Of a stretch of DNA of 64,000 nt, positions 27,259 through 40,956 are shown one piece after another. Position 1 is the stretch's first letter. The number at the start of each line of letters is the position of its first letter. The position numbers were made by a program, and so were the translations under genes. The stretch lies in the NCBI RefSeq assembly GCF_001194135.2, contig NC_069003.1, forward strand, positions 25,598,399 through 25,662,398, in the 5' to 3' direction. The notes below the pieces were generated by a model. That model worked only from the letters and a program-made list of their open reading frames with translations, made no database searches and was not told where the DNA came from. This DNA is from Octopus bimaculoides. Lineage: Eukaryota.

Positions 27259-28172
27259 TCTGCAAATGTATATTTGAAAATTTATACCTTCGATAGATAG
27301 AACCAAGTTTGACAGGAAAGTGAGACGTTCATGCTTTTTCTAAATAAATAAAAGATTATACAAACGCAAACACACATGCAAGGTATAACAGTACTGTAAC
27401 TGTAAGGAATGTAAAAATGATGATACACAAGAACAAAAATACATTTAACAGGAATAAAACATTTATTACTCAGATGCAATTAAGCCTGTAAGTTTTGATC
27501 AAAGATTAACAATCTGCAAAAAGTTTTAGAAATTATTTTTTTTAATAATAATCATTTTGTTTAAATCAGAAATTGGTAAGTAAGACTGGGGAGTTTACAA
27601 TTGTTTTTATTTTTTAAACGTATCTACCTAACGAATATTGAAACTACTTTTATTTTCGCTATATATGTATTTGCGTCTGCAGTGGTGTGTGAACATAAAT
27701 TGTGTAAGTGTTCGTACATTTTCAACCTTAATTAACTGAAACATCATTTAAAAATTTTCTGGAAACGAAACAGTTTAATATTAATTATTCATCGAAGACT
27801 GATGAAAATGGAAATGATATTTAAAAAAGAAATAATGAAGTTCGAGGTTGTTTGTTAACAATATATATCGATATAGTTGTAAAATGAAAAGAATTATTGT
27901 TTTATATGAATTTTACAGGCATTAATGAATAATAGGAAGACTATAAATAGGATAATTTCTCATTTAAAATAATTTTATAGTTTCATAAACATAGTTTTGG
28001 TAGGGATTAATTTCCCCAGTTAAACTACCATTAAGTCTTAACATAATCACGCACCACTTCAATGGGAGGAACTGTTCACGTTAAAAAAACATAGAAAATG
28101 TGCAATAATAACGACAACCATAATAATTTGTAAAGACACGGATATAAGAAGACTGTTATAAACCCTGATTAC

Positions 28173-28247
28173 CTGGATATTTGACGAGGCTTCATTATCA
28201 GAATCAGAATCTAACAATTCACCGTCTTCCAGTTCCAATGCCGCCAT
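28173..28247 (-). CDS. PHAX: PHAX exon 1
   Basis: MAALELEDGELLDSDSD resembles human MALEVGDMEDGQLSDSDSD; GTAATC donor, phase 0. Confidence 0.92.
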
Positions 28248-29390
28248 AACAGATTCAGTTTCGCGGCAGAAACAACTTCCGCTGCCGAAACCACGATTTG
28301 AAACCGTTTCGTCTGAATCACCTCACCAATTGATTCTCTTCTTAGTTTATGTCATACGCATTTTTGTTAACTTAGCCTCTATGCTAAACCACATTCCTAA
28401 CGAATTAAGCCTACGAATCCCATTAAAACGTTCGCAAGAAGCCACAAACCACGGGGAAAAGACCTTTGAATGAAATCACCCCAAGGGCTTGACTGATTCT
28501 TTTATTTTATCAACAGAAAGTTGAATGAACAACGTTGACTTCGGTGGGATTTGAATTCAAAGCCTAAAGTGCTGTTATTAAATCCCACGAGGCATTTTCT
28601 TCGACTACCTAATGATTCGGTTAATCCACCGACTTAGATTTAAACATTAATCTATAACGGAGGTAGGTAGAAGACCACACAATTCTGGAGGAAGAGGGTA
28701 TTGCTAATTAAATTGTTACTTGTACTTATCTTATGGACCCCGGAAGTATGCAAGGGAGAAAATCGACAGGAATTGAACAGGGGAATATGATGGGCCGTAG
28801 TTAAATCCTTCAGGTTCCGACGATCGAATAATTCTCTGCCAAACCATTGCCCTCCTCGGTCCTTCTTAATTGTTGATTCTGATTTAGTGGAGTAGGGTTA
28901 GTCGATTACATCGGTCCCAATACTTGACTGGTACTTTATTTTATGGAACCTGGAGGGATGAAAGGCAAAGTTGATCTCGGAAGAAATACTGTAAAGCATT
29001 TCTTCCCAACCTATCGCCTTCATCAGTGCTAAAAATAAGAATTTCTTACATTGGTACCAGGTCACACATTAGCATATCTGTGAGTATCCTTGGCTCATAG
29101 AATAACTAAATGATGCTTATTTTATTGACTTTTAGGTATGATGCTGGAAATAAGGGAAGTCTAATTAAACTGTAGAGCGATTGAACGAAAATACTACATA
29201 TTTCAGCTTTTGCCCATTTTCTGCGAATATTTGTTTTAAACCCTAGATTAGAGCTAATTATTTCTAACAGAATTTTGCAACAGGTCGATCAGCCTGATTG
29301 ACTTACGAAAGTGAATAGAGAGTTACTCAAATGACACTATGTTTGGGAGGTAGAATAATAGCTTAGGGGAACCAAAGGAACATACCTGAA

Positions 29391-29436
<46 letters not shown>

Positions 29437-29599
29437 TATATAAAATCTTTAGCCCAAACCAGTTTTAGCTTATCCCCTTTTTCAAGGTGCCATGCAGTAG
29501 GACATCCGGGCACCATGTACTTGGGAAGCAAGCTTCTTATCACGCAACCATGACTGCATCGTTTTACATATCTTATTTACAATCCATCCCCAATATTTG

Positions 29600-31390
29600 A
29601 GGACCTAACAGAAGACTCACTGAAGTGCCATGTGATTGAAGAAATTAAGAAAAATCCTGACACAGAAGACATCCAAATTACCATTAAACAGATAAATTTG
29701 AGGAACCCCCATCTCTGGAACTGATAGTATACCAGCTGAGTTTATTAAACAGCGTGTATGTAAGAGATTGACAATAGGACTACATTCGATGTCAATATGT
29801 GGAATGGTTCATTAGTTCCACTGGATTGGAAGGATACTAGTCTAATGTACAAGGGAAAAAGTGCCTAATTATACTGGGGTAACTTTCATAGTATTTTCTT
29901 ATTACTGTGGATAGGATGTACATCAGACTTTTATTGAAACCACAGCAGACACACACATGCTCCATAGTTGTCCCAAAGACTTAATATGGATTTAGATTGA
30001 GAAGCAGTAATTCAAATATGATCTTTAGTGCCAGTCTGTTGCAAGAGAAGTGTATAGACCAGAGACTTCCTCTTTTACCAATTTTTCTTTTATTTAATGA
30101 AAGAGCAGTGGTGATTTAAAACCCAACTGCTAGATAACCAGTCTGACACCATAAACAAACCACCACAGTTCCATGTGATCAGTCTGTCAACTGACCACTC
30201 AATGTGAGTTTGTGACGGGGTATGGTTCGCTTAAATGTTCTTGTTACCAATAGGAACCGCTTTTGCCACTCGATAAACTGCAGAGTGTTGAAGGCAGCCG
30301 AGCGATGTGCCTCCAATCTTGCCATGGTCATTTCTTAAAAGCACCCAGTATACTCTGTAAAGTGGTTGTTTTCATGATGTATGGAATGTGAAAAAGTTTC
30401 AGTTTTTATGAGTGAACCTTTAATAATTATCAAAAACTAATTTTATTCATATAACGAGTATGATTGTTTTCCAAACACTTTTTGGGCTTAACAGGTATAC
30501 CATGACAATTTTCAGTCTACCCAGATTCCTATACTAAATGAAATATACTATATATCTGTAGAATCACTTCTCTCTAACACCAGATATATTCTTTATATTT
30601 ATTGTATGGGTAAGATTAATTTCTCAATGAACCATTATTTGACCAAACTACCTAAACACACTCCTTGAATGAGACAGAAACCATGCACGATGATAAAATG
30701 GAGCCCAGGCAGTTCTCCAGTGGACCAGCTCCTATCAAACCGTCCAACCCATGCCAGCGTGGAGAATGGATGTTAAATGATGATGAACTCCAGGTTCTTG
30801 GACAGACCCTCTCTAAACATTCACCCAATGTCTTGTAACTTCTATGGATGCAGTGCAGTTTCTCTCTCTCTTCCAGTTAGCAATTATTAATGTTGTTCCT
30901 TGTAAATAGCCAACATCAAATATCTTTATGTCCAGCAATAAATATTCGTGAGTTGCTTCCGTCATTATTCAAGCAGTCAACAAATATCTTCATTCATTGC
31001 TACTTGAACAACCAATTTACCTTATGATAAAAGCTCTTCGACATGGTCGATAGAAATGCACTGAAGAAAATCTTGGGAAAGATGGGTGCCCATCTGAGAG
31101 TGAAGATCTGTTTGTCCAATAACACTGGTGCAAAGGCCTGTTTCAACTCAAATAGTGCTTTCACAGCCAATTCAAATTTATAACTTTGTTGAGCAAGGGG
31201 ACATAACTGCGTCAATTTTGTTCTCCATAGATTTTGCAATTATAAAAGCTCATAAATTTAAAGACTGTAATCTAGGTATCTCTGTCCACTATTGTAAACT
31301 TTTTATTCCGAATTGATTCAAACCTAAATGAAAGACCTTTATAACTTTTGTTCCTGATACGCTTTATGCTGATGACTGTGATATTGTGGT
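29600..31390 (+). mobile_element. Degenerate RTE-clade LINE reverse transcriptase fragments, interrupted by SINE pieces
   Basis: Broken translations ..PLDWKD..MYKGK.., KLFDMVDRNALKKILGKMG, DTLYADD. Confidence 0.65.
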
Positions 31391-32154
31391 TCATTAAGGA
31401 TATTGGTTTCAAATTTTGGCAGAAGGCCAGCAATTTCGGGGGAGGGGTATGTTGATTACATTGACCTCAGTGTCCAACTGGTGCTTACTTTACTGACCCT
31501 GAAAGGATGAAAGCAAAGTTGACCTCAGAACAGATGGATGAAATGTTGCCCGGCATCTTGTCCAGCATGCTAATGACTCCGCCAGTTTACTGCCTGGTAG
31601 TTCATTAAAAATATTAAAAACAATTAATGAACTTCTGCCGTGCCAATCTTGCTTTTGAACATAAAATACTAAGTCTGAAGAAAACTAAGGTGATGTTTAC
31701 AACTGCTCCAGGAAACATGTATGTGTAATCAAATACAGTTATCCCAGACACCAGACAGTGGATTTTGTAGATCTCTTAATCTACGTTCAGTGGAGGCGCA
31801 ATGGCCCAGTGGTTAGGGCAGCAGACTCGCGGTCATGATTTCCAGACCGGGCGTTGAGTGTTTATTGAGCAAAAACACCCAAAGTTCCACGAGGCTCCGG
31901 CAGGGGATGGTGGCGAACCCTGCTGTACACAACTTTCTCTCACTCTTCCTCACTTAATTTATTGACCCTGAAAAGATGAAAGGCAAAGTCAAAAGTCAAT
32001 CTTGGTGAGATTTGAACTCAGAATGTAAAGATGGATGAAATGCAGCTAAGCATTTTGCCCGGCATGCTAACAATTCTGCCAGCTTGCCGGTTTGACAATA
32101 AATAAATGCAAACTCAACACCAGGATAAATACAAAAAAGAAATAGAAAAAAAGT

Positions 32155-32160
32155 TTTATT
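32155..32160 (-). promoter_or_regulatory. AATAAA polyadenylation signal of MED22, 4 nt after the stop
   Basis: AATAAA on the minus strand followed by a T/GT-rich tract. Confidence 0.5.
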
Positions 32161-32164
32161 GTAA

Positions 32165-32383
32165 CTATTTATAAACACAAGAATAATATTCGTCTTCAAG
32201 TTCATAAAGTTCAGTGGCCATGTCATCTCGTAAAGTTAGTAACTTTGTGTCCAGTTCGCTCTGTTTCTGTTTGTATAGTTTTGTGTTCTGACCAATGACA
32301 TCATTCACCGATGGGAAGTCGTTTAAGATGAGAAACTGCTTGAGATCTGATACGAGCTTCATGAGGGACTCTCCAGCACGAAC
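32165..32383 (-). CDS. MED22: MED22 coding exon 3
   Basis: [27 protein letters not shown] is identical to human MED22; ends [14 protein letters not shown]. Confidence 0.97.
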   Translation of the reverse strand, partial: VRAGESLMKLVSDLKQFLILNDFPSVNDVIGQNTKLYKQKQSELDTKLLTLRDDMATELYELEDEYYSCVYK

Positions 32384-33601
32384 CTGTCCATATGTGGAAT
32401 AGAAAGGAAGACAAATGAAACCAGGTGAGCTGATAGCCAAATAATTAGAAGTGTGTGTGTGTGCATCTAATTCTATTTTATCTTTTATCTGTTTCAGTCA
32501 TTAGACAGTGGCCATGCTGGGGCACCACCATGAAGAGTTTTTGGCCAAACAAAACAAACCTCAATGCCATTAAAAAAAAAAGCCTGGTACTTATTCTATC
32601 AGTCTCTTTTGCCAAACTGCTATGTTATATGGATGTAAACAAACTGGCATTGGTTGTCAAGCAGTAGTAGGGGACAAACACTGATACATAGACACCATCA
32701 AATACACACACATTTATATATACACATACACATGACAGATTTCTTTCAGTTTATGTCTACAGATCCACTCACAAGACTTTGGTTTGCCTGAGGCTATTGA
32801 GATGCAAACTTCTTACCAAACAGTTACAAACGCATGCATGTCTATCTAGGAATACATCATCAAATATAAGTACAGGTATGTATGCAACATCAGCTGAATG
32901 GTTAAGAACTTCTCTTCACAATCACAAAGTCCTTGGTTCAACTGCAGTGTATGGCACCTTGGGCAAGGGTCATTTATAATGTCCACAGGCTGACCCAAGC
33001 TTTGTCTATGAAATTGGATAGATAGAAACTGTGTAGAATCTCACTGGTTGGATTATACCTGTAGTACACTCTCATCACCTTAATGAAATTCTCAATCTGA
33101 ATTCTGATTCAGGTTGTGGATTTCATAAAGGGTACATGTGTCACTTAAATGATAATTTAATGACAGATAAAACAATTGATCAAACATTTGATATGTGTTG
33201 TCTAAATTGACAGTGATCTTATTGTCTTTACATTATTAAATATTGGAGTTGTTTAGCCCAAGGACAGCTTGGACCAAGTTTATCTCTCATTTAGACCAGT
33301 GGTCCTCAACTGGGATCATATGGACTTTGGGGGTTCACATAAGATTTTGTTGTTAAAATTTATGTGAGCTGAAATCCGTTATACTTCTACCATGCACAAA
33401 ATATTTTGACATTTTTTAAATACAATCCTTAATATTTAATTATAAAGATATAGTAGGGTTATTTTAAACATTGAATGGCTATGAGGGTCCATCTGAGTAA
33501 AATAGGAATCAAAGGGGTCCATAGGAAAAATGGTGTATCTAAGATTGACTTGAGAGAGAGAGAAAGAAAGAGAGAAGCAATGCCTCTTCACTACGACTTA
33601 C

Positions 33602-33682
33602 AATATTTGAAGCACGGACTTGCATCTCATATTGATCTTGTTCTGCTTGAGTCATCCTTGAGATTTGTGTATCGTCTTCCAC
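33602..33682 (-). CDS. MED22: MED22 coding exon 2 (81 bp)
   Basis: VEDDTQISRMTQAEQDQYEMQVRASNI resembles human IEDETQVSRATQGEQDNYEMHVRAANI; CAG / GTAAGT. Confidence 0.97.
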
Positions 33683-36600
33683 CTGAGACACAAAAAAAAA
33701 AAACCCCATTAATTACAAGACGTAAAGAAATATTTTTCATTTTCCTATCACTGTCATTGAAAGACAATTAACCAAAGTCATCTGTTCTTTATCTGAAAAT
33801 GCAGACCTATGGATCAAGAACAATCCAGCCATGAACAACCTGTCTTTTGGTTGTCATGTTGTTAATCAGGTCTTATGTAGAACTATGCTATCCAGCCTGT
33901 CTACTTTTAACCCTATGGTATTTAACCCAGCCATATCAGGCTAAAATATTCCACCTGTTTTATGTTAAAAATTGCCAGCAATTTTTTATTTAATTTCGTT
34001 TGTAAAATAATCTTTTGTTTTTAATAATACTTCTCTATTAAGACCACAATTTACTTCAGTCAACAGGGCAAATATATATTCGAGGTTCAGTCTCACTGCA
34101 TGGCACCTTGGGTCAGGTGTCATCTACATATATATATATATATATATAAATATTCAATATATATATTTATCAAAAGATAAACAATCACATCTCCAAAATC
34201 TCAATAATCTGAATGCTAAAGGGTTAAAGGCTGTATATAGAGTGATTTGAAGGAGATTTGGCAGCTATTCCTATCATGTCAAGTAACTTTAGATACCCTG
34301 CGACTTTGATACTCTATAGGTTGGGGGTAACCAAAAGGTTGTGACCTTCATACCTTTCTATAAAGCATGAATACAGAATTGAAAGTTGGTCAGTCAGAAT
34401 TTAGGCCAAGTGCTCACACTCTGTCACAGAAAAGGTATTGTATAAGAATGGTATGCATCTGTTGTTTCTGACAATGTGATAAAAAAAAAAAATGGGAGAG
34501 AGTATTTTATCAGAACTGCTTTAAGCTGTTATGAGTAGTCCTTGCACTTATGAAGGGGTTTCTCTCACCCAGGTTTCCCTGCTTCAGAGGAAAAGCAAAG
34601 CCACTATGTCTGAGAGAGATAACAAGGTACAGGGGTTAGCAATGTTAAGCCATGTTGCTGGCTTCATTGCTTACGGCCCAACCATGAAACAGGCGATACT
34701 TTATTTTCAGAGTTGATGAAAAATACTGATGCTATCATCATCATTGGCAACACTAACTTGTATCCAGGTTGTTAATTTGTAGTGAGTGATTGTGCCTCTT
34801 CATCTTGATGGGTGTGGAGGATGCTGGTGTCTGAGGTGGCTGTTCAGGCTAAGGGCAGTATAGAAGAGCCAAGGGAATCTATCACAGGGTAGGGGTTGAC
34901 AGGGGACAAAGAAATGTGAGTCACTCTTTGTGTCTTTGATGTCTGTTATTTTCCATTTGGTCCATTCCCTTAACTATGGCATGCTGCCAATTTGGGGGAT
35001 GTTATAGAGAACAGATTAATTACAAGTTTTTTATTTAATTAAAAACAATAAAATTATTTCATTTAATCATTTAACATTTTTTCCATACATTGAAAATAAA
35101 AACTGATTCTACATTCTTTTTGTTTTTCACTTATTGGGCTATGGCCATGCTGGGGTGTTATTGATCTCTGTTTGTTGAAGTGTTAAGTTACGATAAGTAA
35201 AGGGGAACATGACATAAACACACAAAGGTTTGGTGGTTATAATGAGAGAAATAGAACTCAATATGCAAAATAGAGCACATAAAGAAATAAACACACACAC
35301 ACACACACCTCATTGGTGCTGGTATGACATAAAAAGCACCCAGTCCACTCTGTAAAGTGGTCGGCATTAGGAAGGGCATCTACCCATAAAAACCATGTGG
35401 AGCTTGATGCAGTCCCCTGGCTTGCCAGCTCCTGTCAAACTGTCCAACCCACACCAGCATGGAAGACAGATGTTAAATAATGATGATAATGATGATTGCA
35501 TGTTTTCCACACAATTTCTGTCTATCAAATTCAACTCACACGTTATTGGTTAGCCCAATAATTCAATAGTCTATATGCACACACAGACAGACATACACAT
35601 ATGTTCAAAACATTTAAGGTGTAAAATGTAGTCATTAATTTCAGCAAATTAAGTCATCAATAAAAATTAACATGCTTTGTTAGTCACCAGTTAGTAGGTA
35701 GCTGAACCAATGATGACAGTGGACAGTGGAGTTAGTTAGGTAGTGGACAGAGGAGTCAGTTTTATCTAACCAATAGACTTTGTGGCTTGTGTTGACCATT
35801 ACACTGTAACACGATTTCTGTCTTTGGGTAGCAACTGTTATTTCCTATTTGCTTACCCCTAGAAAGTATGAAAAATGGCTAATATTTCCTTCAAACTTTG
35901 CTTTTGTTACTTTTATTCAAATCCCAAAGAATCCCCTTCAACACATGGCTATGATACTTCCCCACTACTCCTGCTCATGATCAGAAATGCATGTCCCACT
36001 AAGGAACATACTCAAGTGGTTATGGTCAAGCAATTGACATGCAAATCTGTGGTATTGAACAGAATATTTGGTATAATGATATCTCTGCTTCAGCAATTCA
36101 GTGCTGAATTTGTCTGAAATGTAATGGAGAACAGGTCAGTTTTAAGACATTGATGTCCAGGTGACAAAAGCAAAGTTTGAAGGGAATAGTTGCCATTTCT
36201 TTTGATTTCCAGGTAGAAGCATATAGGAAATAATACTTACTGACCAACGACAGAAACAAAAAATTTTGTTACACAGTGTTAGCGAAGCAGTAAACAATGC
36301 AGTGAGAGTTAGTTGTGTCAGTCCAGTGTTAACTGGTCAGTAAAGCCACCGAAGCAGTGACTGGTGTGAACCCTGAACACACAGTATTGGTCCCATCAAT
36401 CTTAGACAAGACACTGGGCCAAGACAGTACCAAAAATACTAAACCCCACACTAACCCACCCAGTCCATTGCTTAAAACTACCAGCACCTCCATAACAACC
36501 CACCCTGCACCTATGAGAAAGGTAAACCAGGTGATAAGAAAGCCTTAATCTTGTAGCATTTAAACTGGCCATATCCGGCCCAAATATTCTATCTGTTTTG

Positions 36601-37807
36601 TGTTCAAACCAGCCAGTGATCTGGTCTCTCACACCTACCCTATAATGTTATTCTAAAATTATACAATTACATTATTGAAATGTCAAAGCTACAAAGTTAA
36701 TGCATGATTAATTCAAAACAGTGTGAATAAATAAGCATTACATGTTACACAGTAAGCTGAATGCTAAAGGGTTAAGCATGCGACTTACAACCCAGACACC
36801 CACCTATCTCTGTCCCTCATCATCATTGGTGGTTCTATAACACTAACAGATGGACTAAATAAACAAAAAAAATACCCCCCCCCCTCATACAATAAAAACG
36901 AAAGTGAAACAACAACAACAACAACAAAAGCTATGGAGATATTTAATGATAGTTTGCAAAATAATTTCACAAATGAGAATAAAAATAAATAAATACATCC
37001 TACTGAGTGGAGGGGTTAATCTTTTTAATTGTAGTTAGGGATATGTCAGTTTAAAGGAAGCACATAGCTTAGTGGTTAAGGTGTTGGACTCATGATTGTA
37101 AAATTGTGGTTTCAATTCCTGGACTGGGTGATGCATTGTGTTCTTGAGCAAAACACTTCATTTCATGTTGCTCTCGTCCACTCAGCTGGCAAAAATTAGT
37201 AACGCTGCGATGGACTGGTGTCCCAGCTTGGAAGGAATATACATGTCACAGAAACTGGGGCCCTATGCTCCTTGTAGACTAAATAGCCAACTCCCTCCCA
37301 ACCGGTCTAAAGGAGTTGATACCCTGCAGGGTTATATCCAACTGCAGTAGAGTTTGAGCTCAGTACTTGTTGGTTATAAAACATTGCCACATCACCTACT
37401 TAGTAGTGAGTTGCACTATCATAAATTACAAGGTACCTACTTAGAGGAAGGTGGACTGTACCTCCCCATGGTTCTCAATCATACATTTTAGGTGAGGTAA
37501 CAAGAGAACCACTTTGTTGTCACTTGCTCTGCTAAAAATAGCGACCAAATTTCCTACCAAGAGGACACATAATATAATCTACTCTTAGACTCCTCCTGCC
37601 ACAAAGAAAGATGGGATGGTTGCGACAAGAGTGTCTTTGACTGAAGGTTTGCTTGTCCATGACTGACTTGGGGTAAAAACCACACCAACCCATAACCCCC
37701 TAGATATACTACACTTCACCATGGTACCTATGTATAGCAATGTGTGTTACAGTTCCTCATGATACCTAGGTAGGCTGCAAATCATCATGGTATGTAGTTA
37801 CAGTTAT

Positions 37808-37962
37808 ATTGGTTTCAAATTTTGGCACGAAATCAATCAATTTTGGGGGAAGGGTCAAGTCAGTTATGTTGACCTCGGTGGAATTTGAACTCAGAAAGTA
37901 AAGACAGATGAAATGCCACTAAGCATTTTGCCCAGCATGCTTACAATTCTGCCAGCTCGCTA
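37808..37962 (-). mobile_element. tRNA-derived SINE (family C), representative copy
   Basis: GAGCTGGCAGAAT..GCTTAG..GAGTTCAAAT head on the minus strand; similar copies at 1365-1550, 7155-7360, 31405-31600, 31950-32090, 59540-59700. Confidence 0.7.
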
Positions 37963-38061
37963 CTTTAGTTACAGTTATATTGACAACAACTTCTTGTGGT
38001 ATCTACTTATGAGTTAGGTGGACTGCACTTTATCATGGTACCTCTTTTCAGACAGACTGAA

Positions 38062-38513
38062 ATCTATTAATGCTGTGCCAGTGGAGCACTAACAGCACCG
38101 TCCGAGCGTGATCATTGTCAGAGCTGGCTTCTGTGCCAGTGGCACGTAAATAGCGCCATTTGAGCGTGATCGTTACCAGCGTCGCCTTACTGGCACTTGT
38201 GCCGGTGGCACATTAGAAAACATTCGAGCGAGGTTGTTGCCAAACCTGCTGGACTGGCTCCTGTGCAGGTAGCATGTAAAAAACACCATTTTGAGTGTGG
38301 CTGTTGCCAGTACCGCCTGACTAGCCCTCGTGCCGGTGGCACGTAAAAGCACCCACTACACTCTCAGAGTGGTTGGCGTTAGGAAGGGCATCCAGCTGTT
38401 GAAACTCTGCCAGATCAGATTGGAGTCTGGTGCAGCCATCCAGTTCGCCAGTCCTCAGTCAAATCGTCCAACCCATGCTAGCATGGAAAGCGGACGTTAA
38501 ACGATGATGATGA
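38062..38513 (+). mobile_element. SINE-like element (family A) with five ~64-bp internal repeats and a GGACGTTAAA(CGATGAT)n tail
   Basis: Repeat units start at 38075, 38133, 38199, 38263 and 38330; the 3' part recurs at 1575-1765, 5800-6025, 20200-20420, 35310-35495 (+) and 1-100, 22849-23012, 24207-24357, 61403-61600, 63817-64000 (-). Confidence 0.8.
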
Positions 38514-39228
38514 TTATGTAGGTGGACCTTACAGTGATTAAAGTTAGAAGGGTAGCACATCCCATGGTACTTATTTATAGTCAGAAAAGCAGTTTCTTCT
38601 TACAACATCTATTTCACATTAAGATGAATTTGTTCTGTTTTGGGCCCTTAACTCCTCATAAGGTCATAGAGGTGTTATTGTAAAATATGGGTGTGCCATC
38701 AGCAATTAAAAACCTGATGGGGCCTATCCCTCTCCAGATCTGACCACAGTAAATTTCTTTTAGAAAGAGAGAAGAATCAACATCTGAACTTGACTGGTAC
38801 TCTGTTGACCCCAAAAGGATGAAAGGTAAAGCTAACTTCAGTGGGATTTGAACTCAGAGTACAGAGAGCTGGAATGTGGATGAACAAAAGCAAGAATTAA
38901 GTGTATTTGGTTATGAGTAGTATACTAGTAATAGTAGTGAGAAGGCCACAAATGATGGCACCTCTCAACAGTTAGATGGTCTTGGCTACAAAGAATGAAA
39001 TGTCCTTTGGTCACAAACAGCAGTGGTGGTGGTGGTGGNNNNNNNNNNNNNNNNNNNNNNNNNNNNNNNNNNNNNNNNGGGGGGGGGGGGCAAGGAAGTT
39101 GGAAATCTTAATGGAAATAAAATGAAGAAACAGAAGAGAAGAGAACACGATAACATTTCACAGACAACACCAGACAAATATCAAACATGAAGAGAATGGA
39201 AGAATTTTAAACACACAATTCTACAAAC

Positions 39229-39357
39229 CCGAGCTAGTTTGATAATCTCTCGAAAGTTATCAACCATTGATTTCACGTCATCTTTCAGGCGTTTATTGTA
39301 GGATCTGAGCAGAGCTTCTTTGCTTTGGGGTAAAACTCTTTGAGGGTGTGCCGACAT
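39229..39357 (-). CDS. MED22: MED22 coding exon 1 (exon starts at acceptor 39388)
   Basis: [43 protein letters not shown] resembles human [33 protein letters not shown]; cttctctcag acceptor, GTTTGT donor. Confidence 0.96.
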
Positions 39358-39729
39358 AATTATATGTTCATGTGGTAATTAAGATAATCTGAGAGAAGAG
39401 GAAAAAAAAACAAAACAAAAAACAATAAATGAAATATCTGAGACGAGTCATTAAAAAAATATTATAATTAATCAAGAGCGTTGTAGAATAATGAAAGAAA
39501 TGAGAAATAAGGAAAGCTTTTAACAAAGCAGAAATTTTTAAAAATCTTTGGCGCAAAGGCATATGATCCGAAGGGTAGCTGCTGCTACTAACACAGACAC
39601 CGGACTACCCGAAATGGCAGTATCTATATAATAAATCAATATTTCTTTGACTGTAGTTTTCTGAAGATAGGTCTTTGTGCCTGAATTATTAAGTTTTTTT
39701 AAAAAACTTTCTGCACTATTAGAAGCTTC

Positions 39730-39930
39730 CCTTACTGTCAAGGTATTGGTTGCTCTCCAACAGGTTTATGGTTGAGTCTGTGGCAGTGGAAATCTCTGGC
39801 ATTCTTGGCCCCTGGACCATATCCCTGCTCACTGCTATCAAAGCAGAGATGGCTGTCTGCAAGTGCAAGCCCTGTGGGGCAACACCTTTTCCATTTCGTC
39901 TGCTGGGGGCCATGAGAAGAGTTTCTTAAT
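39730..39930 (+). mobile_element. Possible non-LTR retrotransposon C-terminal fragment in MED22 intron
   Basis: VESVAVEISGILGPWTISLL resembles the P.AVET.G..GP motif of RLE-type LINEs; short and degenerate. Confidence 0.3.
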
Positions 39931-40662
39931 AAAGATATATAAACAAGAATAAATAAATAAATTTTTAAAAAATGATTAAGAATTTCTCATTTCATTCATT
40001 ATTCTGCTACTCTTATAATTTATTTTTTAATTATTAATCTCATCTTAAGACATAAATCAACATCATTATTTCCTGCTTAGGAAATCACAGTACTCGGGTT
40101 GTCAAAACAATGAAGATATGGAGTGAACGAATCACTTCAGTAATAAATTACTTAAATTGATATTTTTACTTCTACTTTTAATGGTATTAAAGTTCAATAA
40201 CAGAAAAATACAACTGAGGGGGTTTTTGTCCTATTTCACACTTAGGGGGTTTATTCCTAGGAGAATTTTGTCTGGATCCCAGTTTATGATTATATTCACT
40301 GGAGATAATAATAATTTGTTGGCAACTCCAGGTCTGCCCTGATATATACTTTTTCGTTTCCAGGGACTCAACGAAATAAAAATGTTTACCTTGTCAAAAG
40401 TGGAGCTGAAAGTGTTTTCTTTTGCAAAAATGTAAAAACTGTTTTCCTAGAAAATGAAATTATATTAATTCTTTAGCATTCAGATTATTCATTCTTGGTT
40501 TGTTGAATTAATCTTGCATTACCTCATAACTTCGAGATTTCAATGATGTGATTCTTTATTTTTAGAACGAGATCGCAGGACAGGTGTGAGAGGCTGAATC
40601 TAATCACTTTGAACATAAAACATAGAAATTTGGGCCTGATATTACCTGTTTAAATGCTAAAG

Positions 40663-40956
40663 CAGTGATTCCCAACGTGGGACATATACCCCACCGGTGG
40701 GGCCTGATGCCATAGTCAAACCCTTTAGTTTGACCGTTCTCATTAAAGGGATTCACTTTTTTTTTTATATTAGTCAATGAGGTACATTTTTGGGGGACTC
40801 AGTACTTAAAAGCGTTACCGGTAGATTCTCTAGTATTTAAATAATTGTGATAAAGTATCAAAATTAAGTTTTTTTTTTCAACCACCGGTGGGGGTATACA
40901 TTTTCCTGGAACGTTGTAGTGGGGTCTGGGGTGGTGGAATAGGTTGGGAAACACTG
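40663..40956. mobile_element. hAT MITE nested in a piggyBac-type MITE end
   Basis: TIRs CAGTGATTCCCAAC / GTTGGGAAACACTG; TSD tgctaaag / tgctaagg. Confidence 0.8.

Noticed and set aside
31793-31930. tRNA-like sequence GGCGCAATGGCCCAGTGGTTAGGGCAG
   Set aside because: Has an A box but no intact T arm or acceptor stem, and runs into SINE body sequence; a SINE head, not a tRNA gene.
38075-38345. Regularly spaced palindromic repeats resembling a CRISPR array
   Set aside because: Eukaryotic context, the spacers resemble each other, and there are no cas genes; these are internal SINE repeats.
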